Shown: one piece after another, positions 37,146 to 51,018 of the stretch | Numbering within the stretch: position 1 is the first letter of the stretch | Layout of the letters: each line of letters begins with the position of its first letter | Notes under the pieces: generated by a model | Told to the model about the DNA's origin: nothing | The model's database searches: none | Seen by the model: the letters and a program-made list of their open reading frames with translations, nothing else | Program-made: the position numbers and the translations under genes | Assembly (NCBI RefSeq): GCF_006345805.1 | Contig: NC_043007.1 | Coordinates: 55,490,001 to 55,554,000 of the forward strand | Origin: Octopus sinensis | Taxonomy: Eukaryota | DNA length: 64,000 bases | Direction of reading: 5' to 3'

Positions 37146-39562
37146 TCCTTCGTATCACAGTGTAGGTAAAAATGCACCGGAGTCTTTAGTCATTTGTCAA
37201 GTCACAACAAGGATCTCAAACATAATACTTTCTTCAAGATCTGCGCTATGCCCATTAAGGCAGCTCTTTGCATGACATCAATCTTGCATGGGATTTCCAG
37301 TTGCCTTAAGAAGCCCTGAAATTTCAATGAGATTGAACCCAACGCTCCAATCACCACTGGTATCACTTTTACCCTCTCGCATTCCATACAGTTTTGCAAT
37401 TTCCACTTACAATTCGGAGTACTTGGTGATTTTTTCAACTTCTATACTCACAACATTCATATCATTTGGTATGGCTACATCAATGATCTGACAGTATTTG
37501 TATCTCTTATTCAATATGACAATATCTGGCAGAGAGTGTCCCAGTGTATCGTTACTTCTCCCTCCTCCTGCATAATTTTACTTGGTACATGCTCAAACCA
37601 GTTCTCTGTTACTTCATATTGTACTTACAGCATAAGAGCCAATGAAGATACACAAACAATTTATAGTGGCAGCGCTTGTATTATTTTTGTGCAAGGCTCT
37701 CACATCCCCTTACCAAGTGGGTCACATTTTCCAAACTCTTTCCACAGTGTCTACATTTCTTGGTCTCAGAACTTTTATAGATGTTATACGTCACTGAATT
37801 GGTAGAGATTGCCTGGTCTTGTGCAGCAATAATCAAGCTTTCGGTGGTACGCTTCAAATCACCTCTCTCAAGCCATGTCCACGATACTGCGTTTTCCTGA
37901 ACGTCTTGTATATTCCTTAAAAACTGTACATGCATTCTCATTTCAAGGTCTTCTTTTCTCTTCTCCTCAGCTCTTTGGTTAAACTCTTCCTTGCCCATCA
38001 TTTCATTTGTATTTACAGCCATATCTTTCGCATATTGTAGCTGGTTTTCATCACTGTTTATCAAATACAGGTCCAGATACTGCAACAGCTTGGGTTTCAG
38101 AGGACCACAGCTCTTTAACATCCTCCCTAAATGCCTGAGAGACTTACATGGTGTGGATGTGGGTTTCCTTAAAACTAAACAGGATCTCTTCTTGTCGGGA
38201 GTCCCAGATGAACCTACCTCAGGACAGGAGACGCAGATGCGGGCAGCAGCATCGAACTCCCTTGTTGATCAAGTGCCACGTATCAGAGGTGGATTCACAT
38301 ATTAGTGTAGCTCATTCAGCGGTGGTGCTCCAGCATGGCCGCGGCCTTCGGGCTAAAACATTTTTATGGATTTAAGGATTTACTCGGTAAGTGCTCTCCT
38401 TTCACTCATTATACAATGGTCTATACTAATTAGTCCTCTGCACCATTCTTTCTTTTCATATACAGTCTGTTTACGTTTGTTTTAGGGTGTAGCTCCCCAT
38501 GCAGCGTCATCAACTACCTCCTCCTTCTATCTAATATTGATATTTCCTCTTAGTCCATTTGAGGATGGACGCACTATATCTGACCACCGTAACTGCCCAG
38601 ATATTCATTGCGGTAAACAAATTCTTGGGATTCAGGCTGGATTTCAACACCGCCTTCACCCTTTTTGACTCCCGCCGCTGACCTTGATTTTATTTCTCTG
38701 CGTAGAATGTCTTCCAGCTCCAAAATCTATATCTATACCTACTACCATCAGGTTCATCCATAGTCTCTCCTGATGGTAACCGCAACCCTCTGCAGGATGC
38801 TTTCTTCCCTCTTTTCATATTAAGTACTGAGCATTTGGTAATCTCAATTTCCACACCGATGTCCCTACCACACTTCTGGACTGCTTTGGGTTAAGGAATC
38901 TATCTGTTTTTCAGATTTCCCAAACAATTCCAGATCACCCATAAACAGAAGATGCTTCAATGATAGGCCTTTCCTCCCACATAGGTAACCCATCTTAACT
39001 TTCCTAAGTGTCATTGTTATGGGTATTAGTGCAATTACATATAGTAACGGAGAAAACGAGTCACCTTGGAAGCTTCTCCTTTTAATATTAACTTCTCCAA
39101 GGAATACATTACTTGAGTACAATTTGGTTTTTCACTCTTTCATGGTATGCATCAGAAAATATGTGATGTTGTCAGCAATACCAAACATATGCAGGCATTC
39201 AACAATCCAAGATTGAGGCATCATATCATATGCCTTCTTAAAGCCAATGCAAGCCATAGACATGTTAGTATGATGTTTTTTACAATGCCTTAAAACTGTT
39301 TTATCGATTACCAGGTAATCCTTGGTACTCTTGGTACTATCCTTTTCGTTCCTTGGTAGTATTTCTTCCTGTGCCAGAAATGTGTATGTCTTTGCCGCAC
39401 ATATTCCAGTAAGTATCTTCCAGATTATGTTTAGGCATGCTATGGGACAGTAGTCTCCTCACAATATTCCCCTTTCTTCTATCTTTCATTATAAGTATTG
39501 TTCTCCCTGTCACCATCCACGCGGGGATTGTGCTTTTCTAGACACTCAGTCAATTGGGATGC
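37146..39562 (-). mobile_element. Dong/R4-type (REL-endonuclease) LINE, family A, 5'-truncated
   Basis: FQGDSFSPLLY, LLFMGDLELF, IIAAQDQA...CRHCGKSLENVTHLVRGC, VIPVVIGALG; multiple frameshifts. Confidence 0.85.
38068..38381 (+). mobile_element. CR1/L2-group LINE 3' end nested in the Dong copy
   Basis: RSRYCNSLGFRGPQLFNILPKCLRDLHGVD...AAASNSL, matching the C-termini of the two long LINEs; tail ccagcatggcc...gcta.aac. Confidence 0.9.
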
Positions 39563-39595
<33 letters not shown>

Positions 39596-40614
39596 GCAGT
39601 AGTCTTGTTTTTATCATGTGTTTTCACTGCACTACCGAGCGCAGCTCTGTGTGCCTTGGGTATGTGCTGTGGTTTGTTGTGATGTTCTTATTTTTACTGC
39701 ATTGAAAGAGTTTTACTATGATAGGAATTGTTTTTGTTTATAGACTCCACATTCAAATTACCTCTATTTACAGATCTGAGAAATATTGTCATCTGTTGAT
39801 ACTAATACATCGATCAGAAAGCATTTTTGCTTGGTGATCTCTGACAACTGCATCTGGCCTATTGGCCTTAATTATTTTTCTGTGTGTATTGACATATCTC
39901 AGGGTATGTTTGCTTTCTCATTTTCTGTGACCTTTTCTGGTGTGTGCCTATACTATCTTTTTTCTGTTGTTATTCCATAGTGTTGGCATAGCTTCCAGTG
40001 TATATAGGTCCCAACTCTGTCGTGTCTGTGAATATATTCCTTCTTAGCCAGGACTGGACCACCAGAGATAATATGATTTATTGTTTCTTCTCCATCCCTA
40101 AATATTCTGCAGTTACTTGTATTTCTTTTCATTACATGTTTTTGGTAATTTCTACTGCAATTAAAAATCCTTCTGTCTCTGCTTTGAGTCCTGAGCTTCT
40201 CAGCCATTGTTGGGATTTCGCTTTGTCTATTTTTTTTCTGTTTGGTTTAATCTAATATTTACCATGAAAAGGCTTTTCTTTCAATAGCTGTTTCATGACC
40301 CGTTGCTGTTCCAGTTTTAGTTTGGATTTCATTTGTCTTACAACTTTTGTTGTTTCATCTTTTTCTTCATAGTTAGGTAGTATGACTTTGTTTATATGTA
40401 TTTGTCAGCTTCCTTAAAGACTGAAAACGGTTTTTTGTTTTGTTCGTGTTTTGTGGCTATTTGTATTAGATTTCCTTGCTTCTGAAGTAGGTGTTTCTGT
40501 TGTTCTATGGTGGTTATTTTGTAATAGTTTTCTAGCTGTATAAGAAAACTACCAGCTTCGATACGTTGTATATATAACTTTTCTATATAAGATTTTGGAT
40601 GGTTCATTATTTTT

Positions 40615-41122
40615 CTTGGAGTAAAGATTGTTTGCCAACTTAACATGGCAGTCCTGGTTTAGGACGAATGTTGCTGTAATTCAGCTCCAGGAGATATCGT
40701 CTCCAGCTGGCTATACGACACGATCTGTGTCCTTATTTTTTCGAACAAGGGAATCTAAGACTCCCACTCAGCTCAAAACAATATCTGTGTATCGCGATTT
40801 CCGGGTTATTTTCCTTCATCAGCACAGAATAATTGTTCGGCTAGAGGTGGCGCTGTCAAAATCCCGTTCGAAATATATAGTTTTCGAAGTGACAACTTGT
40901 TACTGATCTATAAATTAGAAAATTACTATTTTTAAAGCTCACAACGAGAGATATTCAGCAAAGTGTAAGATGGATGAAATGCCACTAAGAATTTTCTCTG
41001 AATTACAGCAACATTCGTCCTAAACCAGGACTTCAATGCTATGTTGACAAAAAATCTTTACTCCAAAGAACTGTTATTGAATATCTCTCGTTGTGAGCTT
41101 TAAAAATGGTAATTTTCTAATT
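40615..41122. mobile_element. ~353-bp hammerhead-bearing monomer plus an inverted junction-spanning piece, inserted in the Dong LINE
   Basis: 40998-41065 is the inverse of 40617-40684 and 41078-41122 is the inverse of 40913-40957. Flanked by attattttt (40606-40614 and 41120-41128). Confidence 0.75.
40784..40828 (-). ncRNA. Minimal type I hammerhead motif
   Basis: UCUGUG-CUGAUGA-AGG AAAAUAAC CCG-GAAA-UCGCGA-UA-CACAGA; palindromic stem III AUCGCGAU; weak stem II with an A.G closing mismatch. Confidence 0.7.
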
Positions 41123-43530
41123 ATTTTTTACGTTTTCCTGTCTATTTTGATTAGTTCATTTAGAGTCAAGTTAAGAATATTGTAGCTATAACTTATAACT
41201 GGGACGGTTAGAGGGTTGATACCTATTATCTTGTTTTTCGTATTGAGCTCTGTTTTCAGTATTAAACTAATTCGTCTAAAGTATTCTTTTCTTATCTCTT
41301 CTTTCATTTGTGTGTGCTGTATCATATCTAGCTCATGGATTCCTAAGTACTTGTATGTCTGGGTTTGGTCTTAATCTTTTATTTCAGTTTCTTTATCTAG
41401 TGTGATGTTGCTGCTCTTAACTAGTTTTCCTCTTTTCAAGATTGCTTTGGCACATTTTTCTAACCCAAATTTCATGTTCGTTTCTTTGGTAAATCCATGT
41501 AGTATTTGTAGTAATGTTTCCAGCTGTTTATCATTTGTAGCGTACTATTTTAGATCATCCATATATAAGAGGTGGCTGATTGCTTTGCTGTAACAGTTGT
41601 ATCCACATCCAGTTCTTTTTAGCATGTCAGATGAAGGTGCCATTGCCAGCCAGAAAAGGAGTAGAGACAGCGTGTCTCTCTGGAATATTCCTCTTCTAAT
41701 GGGAATGGCTTTGATTTTTATGAGTCCCTCTTTTTTCTGGAGCTGTAGCACTCTGCCATTTATTCATGGAATGTTTTACATATTTTATGGTTATTGGTGT
41801 TACCTTGTTATTTGCTAGTGTTTCTATGGTCCACGTGTGGGTAATACTATCAAAAGCTTTTCGGTAATCGATCCAGGCCATACCTAGACCTTCATTGTTT
41901 CTTCAGTTATGGCTTTATTGATCAGTAGCTGATCTTTACAGCTGTATGACCTCTTACAGCATCGTTTCTGTTCTTCTGGAAACAGGTTGTTTTCTTCCAG
42001 ATGCTTGCTCATCCACTGCGATATTATTGCAGTAAAGGCTTTGTAAATTGCAGGCAGACAAGTTATCGGTCTGTAATTTTGTGGGTTTTCCGTTTCAGTG
42101 GATTTGGGAATTAGGATAGTTTTCCCATCCGTGATTCATTCAGGCGTTGTCTCTGGTTCTGCTAGTATTTCATTAAATTTCTCAGCCAGCTTTTTATGTG
42201 TTTCTATTAAGTATGTTATCCAAAAGTTGAGAATCTTGTCGTACCCGAGTACCTTCCAGTTGCTTAGTTTTTGAAGCGTCTGGGTGACCTCTTCAGTTGT
42301 TATAGGGGCCCAGAATTGTCCAGGTGCTGTGTTCGTTGTTTTCATAGATCTTGTCAGAGGTTGTTCGTTGCCGACCATATTTCTTTTCAAAATTATTCCA
42401 CTTCTTCTGCTGTTGATGCTACATTGATGTTTATTTTATTTTTGCCAAGTTCTTGATAGAATATTTTAGGGTTGGAGCTGAACTGTTTGTTTTGTTCAAA
42501 GAAGCGTTGGCATTTCTCATTACGGCGGTTTCTTTGTGCTTTGGCGAGGATATCTTGCTTTAGCTGTTCTTTAACCACAGGTATTCTTCATTCAGTAATT
42601 TTGTATTTACATAGTATTCTTCTTCTCTTCTTGTTGCTTAGTAGTGTTGATTGTCTACTGGTTTCATTAAGGATTGACAGATCCTTTGTCTTAATTTCTT
42701 TTTTTTTGCTGGATATTATTTATCCACAGGATTTGTTTGGGTGGTGATACTCCTGTTTGGATGGGTTTTAGTGGGTATCTAGCTTCTTCTGTGGCCACAG
42801 AAGTTGCTGCAAATATTACAAAATTTAGCCTCATCATATTGACATTTGTTTCTGTAGCTATTAGTACTGTGTCGGCCAGGTTCATGCTATTCATTATTGA
42901 TGTTGTTTTATTATGAATTTTAATTTTTGAGAGGTATAATTGGTGGTTCATACTGAGATCTGTGGTTTTCAATTCTTCGATTATGTTCATTTTTAGAGTA
43001 TCATAATCATTAGTTTTACCTTCACTGTTTCCAGGTTTTAGATTTGTGTTTTATTTCCTCTCATTCATATTTTTGTTTGTGGTGTTCTTGTTTGGTGCAT
43101 TTTGCACATCATTATGCATTCCTATGACCTGGATTTGTTGTCTTTCGTTGTTTACTTCGTTTTTGTTGGACATGTTACATCTGTCTCCATATTTTTCAGT
43201 CTCAGTGCTTATGATATTATTTGGCATTACTGTGTGGTTACCATCTACTTTTTCCTGGTGTATTTTTCCTTTTAAGTGTTCTATTTCTAATATTTGTTTT
43301 TGTTTTGAGAATATACCTCCGTTTGTTAGCTAGTTTATTAGGATTAATTGCTGTATCCAAATCTTTAGGTTATTTTTCTTCAGATTTTACATGTATACAT
43401 TGTTGTACTTTCGTTCTGTAGGTAGGACACTGCTGTAAATTAAGCGTGTAGGATTGAAATATATTCCTCACTTGTCCATTTATGCTTTATGATTTTATAT
43501 GCGGGACCTGAGGAATAACGTCCGGACCAA

Positions 43531-43574
<44 letters not shown>

Positions 43575-43575
<1 letters not shown>

Positions 43576-44727
43576 CATTTTCTTTTCTTTGCACAGCTTC
43601 TAACGCTGGAGAGGTACTATGATGTTAGCTGTTCACTACCAGTGAACTAAAGTAAGACCCCTTATTTTTCGAGTACACTCCGGAATATTTTAGCGGTTCC
43701 AACTAGTGCTGTTTTCTGCAAGTACTCCACCCTTGTTGCAGCCACTATTTGTTCCATGTACTTCTCAAAACCTTTATTCACTGTTCCCAGGGCCCCGGCA
43801 ATTATTAGTACCGCTACCACCTTTTTCAACGACCACAACTGCTTAACCACCCAAGCTAACCTGTTATATCTATCGACTTTTCTTTCATCGTTATGGCGTA
43901 CCTTGTTGTCAGCTGGACATGCTATATCTATGACCCAACATCGTTTACTTTCTTTCTCAATTAAGACTATGTCTGGTTTCCTATTCTGTATCTCATGATC
44001 GCACTGAATCATAAAATCCCCTAAGATATTCGCATTATCATTTTAGATGATACCTTCGGGTTTATGTTCGTACCACTTTTTGCTTGTTTCAAAGTGTCCA
44101 ATAGACAATCCTTGCTATGTTGTGATGACGTCTCTTATATTCCTTCTGGGCTAGTGACGTACATTGACAGGTAATATGCCATACAGTCTCACCATTTTGT
44201 CCATAAATTCTGGACTTATCACTTTCTGATGTGCTGTCTATTCCGTATTTGATGTGATTGCTTTTGGGCAGCAGAGATTAGAGTCTCAGTTTTCGGTTTT
44301 AAATCACTTTTAGTCATCCTAGCCATCTTTTTCTCCGTCTGTCTTATCTTCAACATCCTTATGAAATTGTCCATGCATTCTTTTCTTTATCCACCTGTTT
44401 TCAATTTCATTCATTCTCACGTGCTTTTACAGTGCTTTATCTTTGCAATCTTCCATCCTACACAAGCCTGACCTTCTTACTTCTATTAATAGCGTTTCTG
44501 TGGCATTTTCTACATATTATGCTACGTTGTTTTCTTCTACTCTAATGCTGTGTTCGCATTTAATCAGTCCTCTTCCCCTTCTTTTTCTTGGTACGTGCAG
44601 ATCAGTGGGGACAGGCAGTCCACTTGGAAGATGCGTCTGCTGATTTTTATTGTCCCTAAACTTCTATGTGCTATTATTTCCGCCATCCACTTTGCAATAA
44701 TTTTTTCAAGCAAACTTTCAACATTCG

Positions 44728-44729
<2 letters not shown>
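43575..44729 (-). mobile_element. Dong/R4-type LINE 3' fragment, family C
   Basis: RKPDIVLIEKESKRCWVIDIACPAD...KVDRY (PD..D REL motif) and LIIAGALG. Confidence 0.88.
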
Positions 44730-44780
<51 letters not shown>

Positions 44781-44790
44781 CATTATTATT

Positions 44791-45466
44791 CAGTAGTATA
44801 TTTTTTATATCGTGCTTTCACTGCACTACCGAGCACAGCCCTGTGTGCCTTGGGTATGTGCTGTGATTTATTGTGATGCTCTGATGGTTATTGTATGGAA
44901 AGTGTTCTGCGTAGGATGTGTGCAGTGCCTAGTAGTGCAACAATTTTCTGTATGTTATATGTGTTTGTAAGTCCTGGTGTTTTTGTTATGTATTTGTCTG
45001 CATATTTTTTTATCATGCCTAATGCACCTATTATGATAGGAATTGTTTCTGCTTTTAGATTCCACATTCTGGTTACCTCTATTTCCAGGTCTTTGTATTT
45101 TGAAAGTTTCTCCATTTCTTTTAGAGACACGTTGTCATCCGCTGGTATTGATACATCAATTAGAAAACATTTTTTTTCTTCATGATCTCTGACAGCTATA
45201 TCTGGTCTGTTGGCCTTAATTTCTCTATCTGTGTGTATTGGCATATCCCAGAGTATGGTTGCTTTCTCGTTTTCTGTGACCATCTTTTTTTCTGTTGTTA
45301 TTCCATAATGTTGGCATAGTTTCCAGTGTATGTAGGTCCCAACTCTGTCGTGTCTGTGAATATATTCCTTCTTAGCCAGGACTGGGCAGCCAGAGATAAT
45401 ATGATTTATTGTTTCTTGTCCATCTCCACATATTCTGCAGTTACTTGTTATATTTCTTTTCATTAG
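44791..45466 (-). mobile_element. Dong/R4-type LINE 3' fragment, family B (younger copy)
   Basis: ORF 44888-45463: CRICGDGQETINHIISGC...NRPDIAVRDHEEKKCFLIDVSIP...KLSKYKDL...IPIIIGALG; 3' UTR shared with 39600-39700. Confidence 0.92.
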
Positions 45467-45519
<53 letters not shown>

Positions 45520-45526
45520 GATCATC

Positions 45527-46052
45527 ATTGAGTGAGAGAGCAGATCATACTAACAAAGTGACACTGGGGTAAACCATATGAAGCCCAGAATACCCATCAT
45601 GACTACCTGTCTATGGGTACACCAGGCACATGCATCACAATATATGTGCGCGAATGGTGATCTCATATCAAGATAAACAGCGCTTGACCTTGCAGGTGGG
45701 GTCCAGTAAGAAATTTCTTCTGGTTGAGTAGCCCACTCCGCTCAAAAGCTCCCTGAATAAGGATTGTTTAAGGATGTTGAACGAACCACCCATGTTTCCA
45801 AAGGTGAATTATCCACACCTGCAAGAATTCTTTTCAACACAGGGCTATGATGCTCCCCCACTACTTCTGCTTGTGGTCAGAGATGCACATAACGTCACCC
45901 ACCAAGGGACTTACTCAACTAGTTAAGGTCAAACAACTGACAAGCAAATCTGTGTCGCCCATACCAAGACAAAACAATGTACATGATAATACTTCCAATC
46001 AGTTAAAATCAGAAGCCATGAGAGCCACTGTCTAGTTCTACATCAGGACATA
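45527..46052 (-). mobile_element. (TAA)n-tailed interspersed element, copy 3 (different 5' head)
   Basis: Body homologous to 35218-35650; the 5' ~110 nt are unrelated. Confidence 0.75.
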
Positions 46053-46053
46053 A

Positions 46054-46114
<61 letters not shown>

Positions 46115-46350
46115 GTTATTATTATTATTATCAAAATCAATAGATTGGGATGATTGATTTTTTTTACATCGAATAAGAATTGGAACATTTAGAAATTCTG
46201 GAAGATACCTAAACAGTCCGGTGTCTAAGGAAAATCGTAAAGTAAATTACAGCTCTTGCGTTTTATTCCTTCATACATTTGCTTGTCAACCCTTTTAGTT
46301 TCGCTAGAATCCAGTGTTGAGCCAAATCCTGCGCCAATGGATTTTGTACT

Positions 46351-46600
46351 ATTCAAATACGAATCAGAGAATCAGTTAAAAAACTTAATCGTTTTCATGC
46401 TAAAATCAAAAGTCATTTATCATTTCTGGAAACATACAAACTAGAAAAAGTTATACCGGACAGTCTTACATCAAATATACCGATATGTGCATCACAGGCT
46501 GACGATTCATTGCTTCAAAAGTTTTAATTGATTTTCGAGCGCAATTCATTTCACAGAATGGAAGCTATTATTGAACACTATCGTTCAAAATTAGTATTGC
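46351..46600 (+). pseudogene. Possible Penelope-like ORF N-terminal remnant
   Basis: IQIRIRESVKKLNRFHAKIKSHLSFLETYKLEKVIPDSL resembles the PLE N-terminal H..FL..C....IP.GL motif (from recall). Confidence 0.45.
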
Positions 46601-47089
46601 TTGATGTAGACATTAAGGAGATATTTAGTGTCCTTGAACAATTTTTTCGGAGATGTTTATGTTTATGACAGTTTGAACTTACTAGTACCACGGGAACTAA
46701 CAGCACAAATAACAGTGCCGTACTCACCACAAACAAACGTGATTCCTACAGTTCAACAACTTCATATTACTAATCTCCAAATTGGCGCATATGATCGAGG
46801 TCCTTTTCCCTGGTGTACGCATTTGAACTGGTTATTGTAAACGTTCCAAAGAAGTTTTTATTTGATCAGTCGAAAATGCAAGAACATTTAATATTTGGTC
46901 TCGAAAACAATAAATTGGTTTCTTTCCCGAAAGTAAAAAAATTTCAAATGCCTACAAAAACCACAGAATTCACTCACTTTCTATCAGTGCAAAGACACAA
47001 TCTCTCAAATAGAACGCTTAAATAAAGAAAATTTTTTCATTGAAATATACAAAACGCGTCTTAATATGCACGCATAACCAACTTTTATA

Positions 47090-47945
<856 letters not shown>

Positions 47946-48021
47946 TACTCTTTTACTCTTTTACTTGTTTCAGCCATCCGGCTGAGGCCATGCTGGGGCA
48001 CCGCCCTTGTTGCTACCTTCT

Positions 48022-51018
48022 CTAAGTCCAGTTTGCCGTGGCTGGCCACTGATCTAAGAGAGAGTTTGTAGCTGCAGCCCTTAGGTTACCTTCGTACCTT
48101 GCAGTGGGTTCATCTGGGATCCCGGAAAGCAGCTTGTCTAGATGTTTTTTGAAAATGTCCACATCCGTATCATGTAGATCTCTTAGTTTTCTTGGCAGTT
48201 TGTTGAAAAGCTGAGGGCCCCTGAACCCCAGGCTATTACAGTATCTGCTCCTTACCCTGGATGTGGAAGACGGGATCTTTGGCACCACACAGTGACGTCC
48301 TGTACGGGGATTGGAACAGCTCTCAATTCCAAAATTTGGTGCTAGTCCCTCCAGGATTTTCCATATGTATATCACTGCATATCTCTCTCGTCTTCGTTCC
48401 AAGGAGTACAAATTGAGTTCTCTAAGCCTCTCCCAATAGTTCTTTTCTTTCATGGTGGAAATCCTCTTGGTGAAATGTCTTTGGATTGTCTCAAGCTCTG
48501 TGGTTAGTTTGACACTATGCGGTGACCACAGTTGGGAGCAGTAGTCCAGGCGGCTTAGGACAAATGTCCTCCATAGTGTCAACATGGTCTCGCAGTCTCT
48601 TGTCTGGAATGTCCTCAGGATCCAGCCAGTGAGTCGTCTGCACATTGTCGCCACCTTCGCGATGTGTGAAGAAAAAGATGCATCGTCACTCATGTCTATC
48701 CCCAGGTCCCGTATTGATTTCGATACTGGGATTTCGATCCCTCCTGGACCAGTATAGTTGTGTTGTAATGTATATGTGTTTACAGCTTGATATTGTAAGG
48801 CTTGAAATTTACCAGCATTAAATTGCATGTTGTTGTCTTCAGCCCATTTGTATATGGCATCCAGATCTTGTTGTAAAAGGTCAGCATCAGCTGGGTTTTT
48901 GATTGCCTGTGCTACCTTTGTGTCATCAGCATAGCTAGTGAGGGATGTTGTTTGTGCTACCAAGGGCATGTCAGAGAGCGCCACCAAAAACAGCAAGGGT
49001 CCCAAGACTGTGCCCTGTGGCACCCCGCTTGCTATTGGTGTCTTTCCCGAGAGGGCTCCATTGGCTGCAACCATCTGGCTTCTGTCCTTCAGGAAGTCAT
49101 GTATCCACTCACCTACTTTTCCTGTTATGCCGAGTCTGAGTAATTTGTGACATATCACTCCGTGGTCGACTTTGTCAAAGGCCTTCGCAAAGTCGAGATA
49201 TACCACATCCACCTGTGAGCGATCCAGTAGTTGTTTCAGTACCCAGTCGTAGTGTTGTAACAGCTGCGTAAGGCAGCTTCTTCCTGGGCGAAAGCCATGC
49301 TGTGTGTCAGTGAGACGGTTAGTTTCTTCGAGGAACGTGATCAGTTTTTTTCTGATGATTCGTTCCATGACCTTACTTATGTGTGACGTCAGGGAGACTG
49401 GCCTGTAGTTTTTGGCCTCTGCTCTACTCCCTCCTTTGTGGATAGGGCAGTTTACCGTTAGCCAAGGAACCACTGAAAAGCCTCTTCAGTGGTCCCGCTA
49501 GGGCATGCCTGCATGTTTTTAGGAGGACTGCTGGGAATCCATCTGGTCCAGCAGCTGAGTTTATTCTCATTTCTTCTATGGCAGATATTACATCCCTCTC
49601 TGTTATGTCTATGTGGTCGATGGTTGTTGTTTGGTTTTGGAGTGTTGTGGCATCAAAGAAAACTTCTGGGTTTGTGATTTGCATGTGCCCCAGAGGGGGG
49701 ATGTGAACACACTTTTATACTGTTCCTTTAGTATTTCACTTATCCCTTGGGGGTCCTCAGTTAGAGAGCCCTTTTTATCAAAGAGTGGGCCAATCTTGCA
49801 GTGTACCGAGGTGGTTTCTTTCGCAAATTTAAAGAAGGCTTTAGGGTTTGTTTTAATATTCTCTATGGCCCTGGCTTCTCTCTCTGCCCTCTCCTTCTCA
49901 TAGGAAAGTTTGAGTGCAGTTTCCGTTTCAAAAAGTTTCAGGTGGAGTCCCTCATTGTTTCTCTGCCGTGCATTCAGTTGCTTCGAGAGCTTAGCTCTTC
50001 GCCTCATAAGTATTTTCCTGTCTCTGGGAATAACGTTCCTATGCCCGCTGGCTTTTTTCTCCGGGACAAACTTATGGCATATGTTCTGTATTGTTGTCAT
50101 GAAATGTTGGAAATGTGTGTTGGTGTCTTGTGTGGTGATGAAGTCACTCCAGTCATGTTTTCGGATCTCTTCGTTGATCTTCTTCCAGTTTGCCTTATGG
50201 AAGTTTAGACTGGATAGGCCTGTGGTATTTTCTAATGGCTGCGTCTCAACTAACTCTCTCATACCATATATCATTACCTCTACTAAGTTGTGATCTGAGA
50301 GAATTGTTAGTGTTACCATTATGTTGTGGATGAGCATCGGGTTGCTTGTGAAACAGAGGTCCAAGACATTCTCACCTCTTGTTGGCCAAAGCACTGCTTG
50401 CTCCATGAAAAACTTGCGTGTGAGAGCCAACAAGGACTCTGTCTGTCTCTGTTCAAGTGATGTCATTCCAGGGAGGAGATGGCCATCTGGCCATTTGACT
50501 TTCGGAAGGTTAAAATCTCCCAGCAGTAGAATGGTGTTACCCTGGTCCAGTTTGTCCAGGACTTCTTCTATTCTTCTGAGGCTATCTTCAAACACTCCTT
50601 CATGACTAGGGGTGTCTGGTGGCCGATATGTGACACATATTACTATTTTCGGTTGTTTCATGTGTACTATCAGTGTGTCACAGACTGAGTTTGAGTGTGT
50701 CAACAGTACTATGGGTGTGACATCTTCACGGACGTACAGGGCAACCCCACCATGAGTTCTTTCCTTCCTGTCCGACCGAAAAACAGTATACTTCGGTATG
50801 TGTATTTCTGCATCTGCTATACTGCTTGACAGGTGCGTTTCAGTCAGCGCTATGCATATTGCACGGTTGCTTGTGCTCAAGTCCCTAAGGTAAGGAATTT
50901 TACCCATATTAGTGGGTTTCACCAGACCTCTGACATTCAGCAGAAGCACTGGTGAGACACCCGGGGTGTCAATAAAGGCTGACGGTGTGGCACCTGGGCC
51001 GGCGTCAGCGGTGGCCAC
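48022..51018 (-). pseudogene. LINE-A ORF2 (APE endonuclease plus reverse transcriptase), frameshifted
   Basis: LLLNVRGL, ALTETHL, YRPP, LLGDFNLP, SDHN; YLDFAKAFDKVDHG, SGVPQGTVLGPLLF, YADDTK, YSLERRRERY. Confidence 0.92.

Larger units (their letters stand above)
39595..43530 (-). mobile_element. Dong/R4-type LINE, family B, near full length, decayed
   Basis: HKWTSEEY (N-terminus), AWIDYRKAFDS, GIFQRDTLSLLLF, HLLYMDDLK, CRIFRDGEETINHIISG...RHDRV; interrupted at 40615-41122. Confidence 0.88.

Noticed and set aside
40838-40858. ctagaggtggcgctg, a CTCF-like motif
   Set aside because: A short, imperfect match inside a mobile element; a chance occurrence is likely.
43495-43530. Possible HDV-like ribozyme at the Dong 5' end (ttcctcagg)
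   Set aside because: The nested double pseudoknot could not be built from the available sequence.
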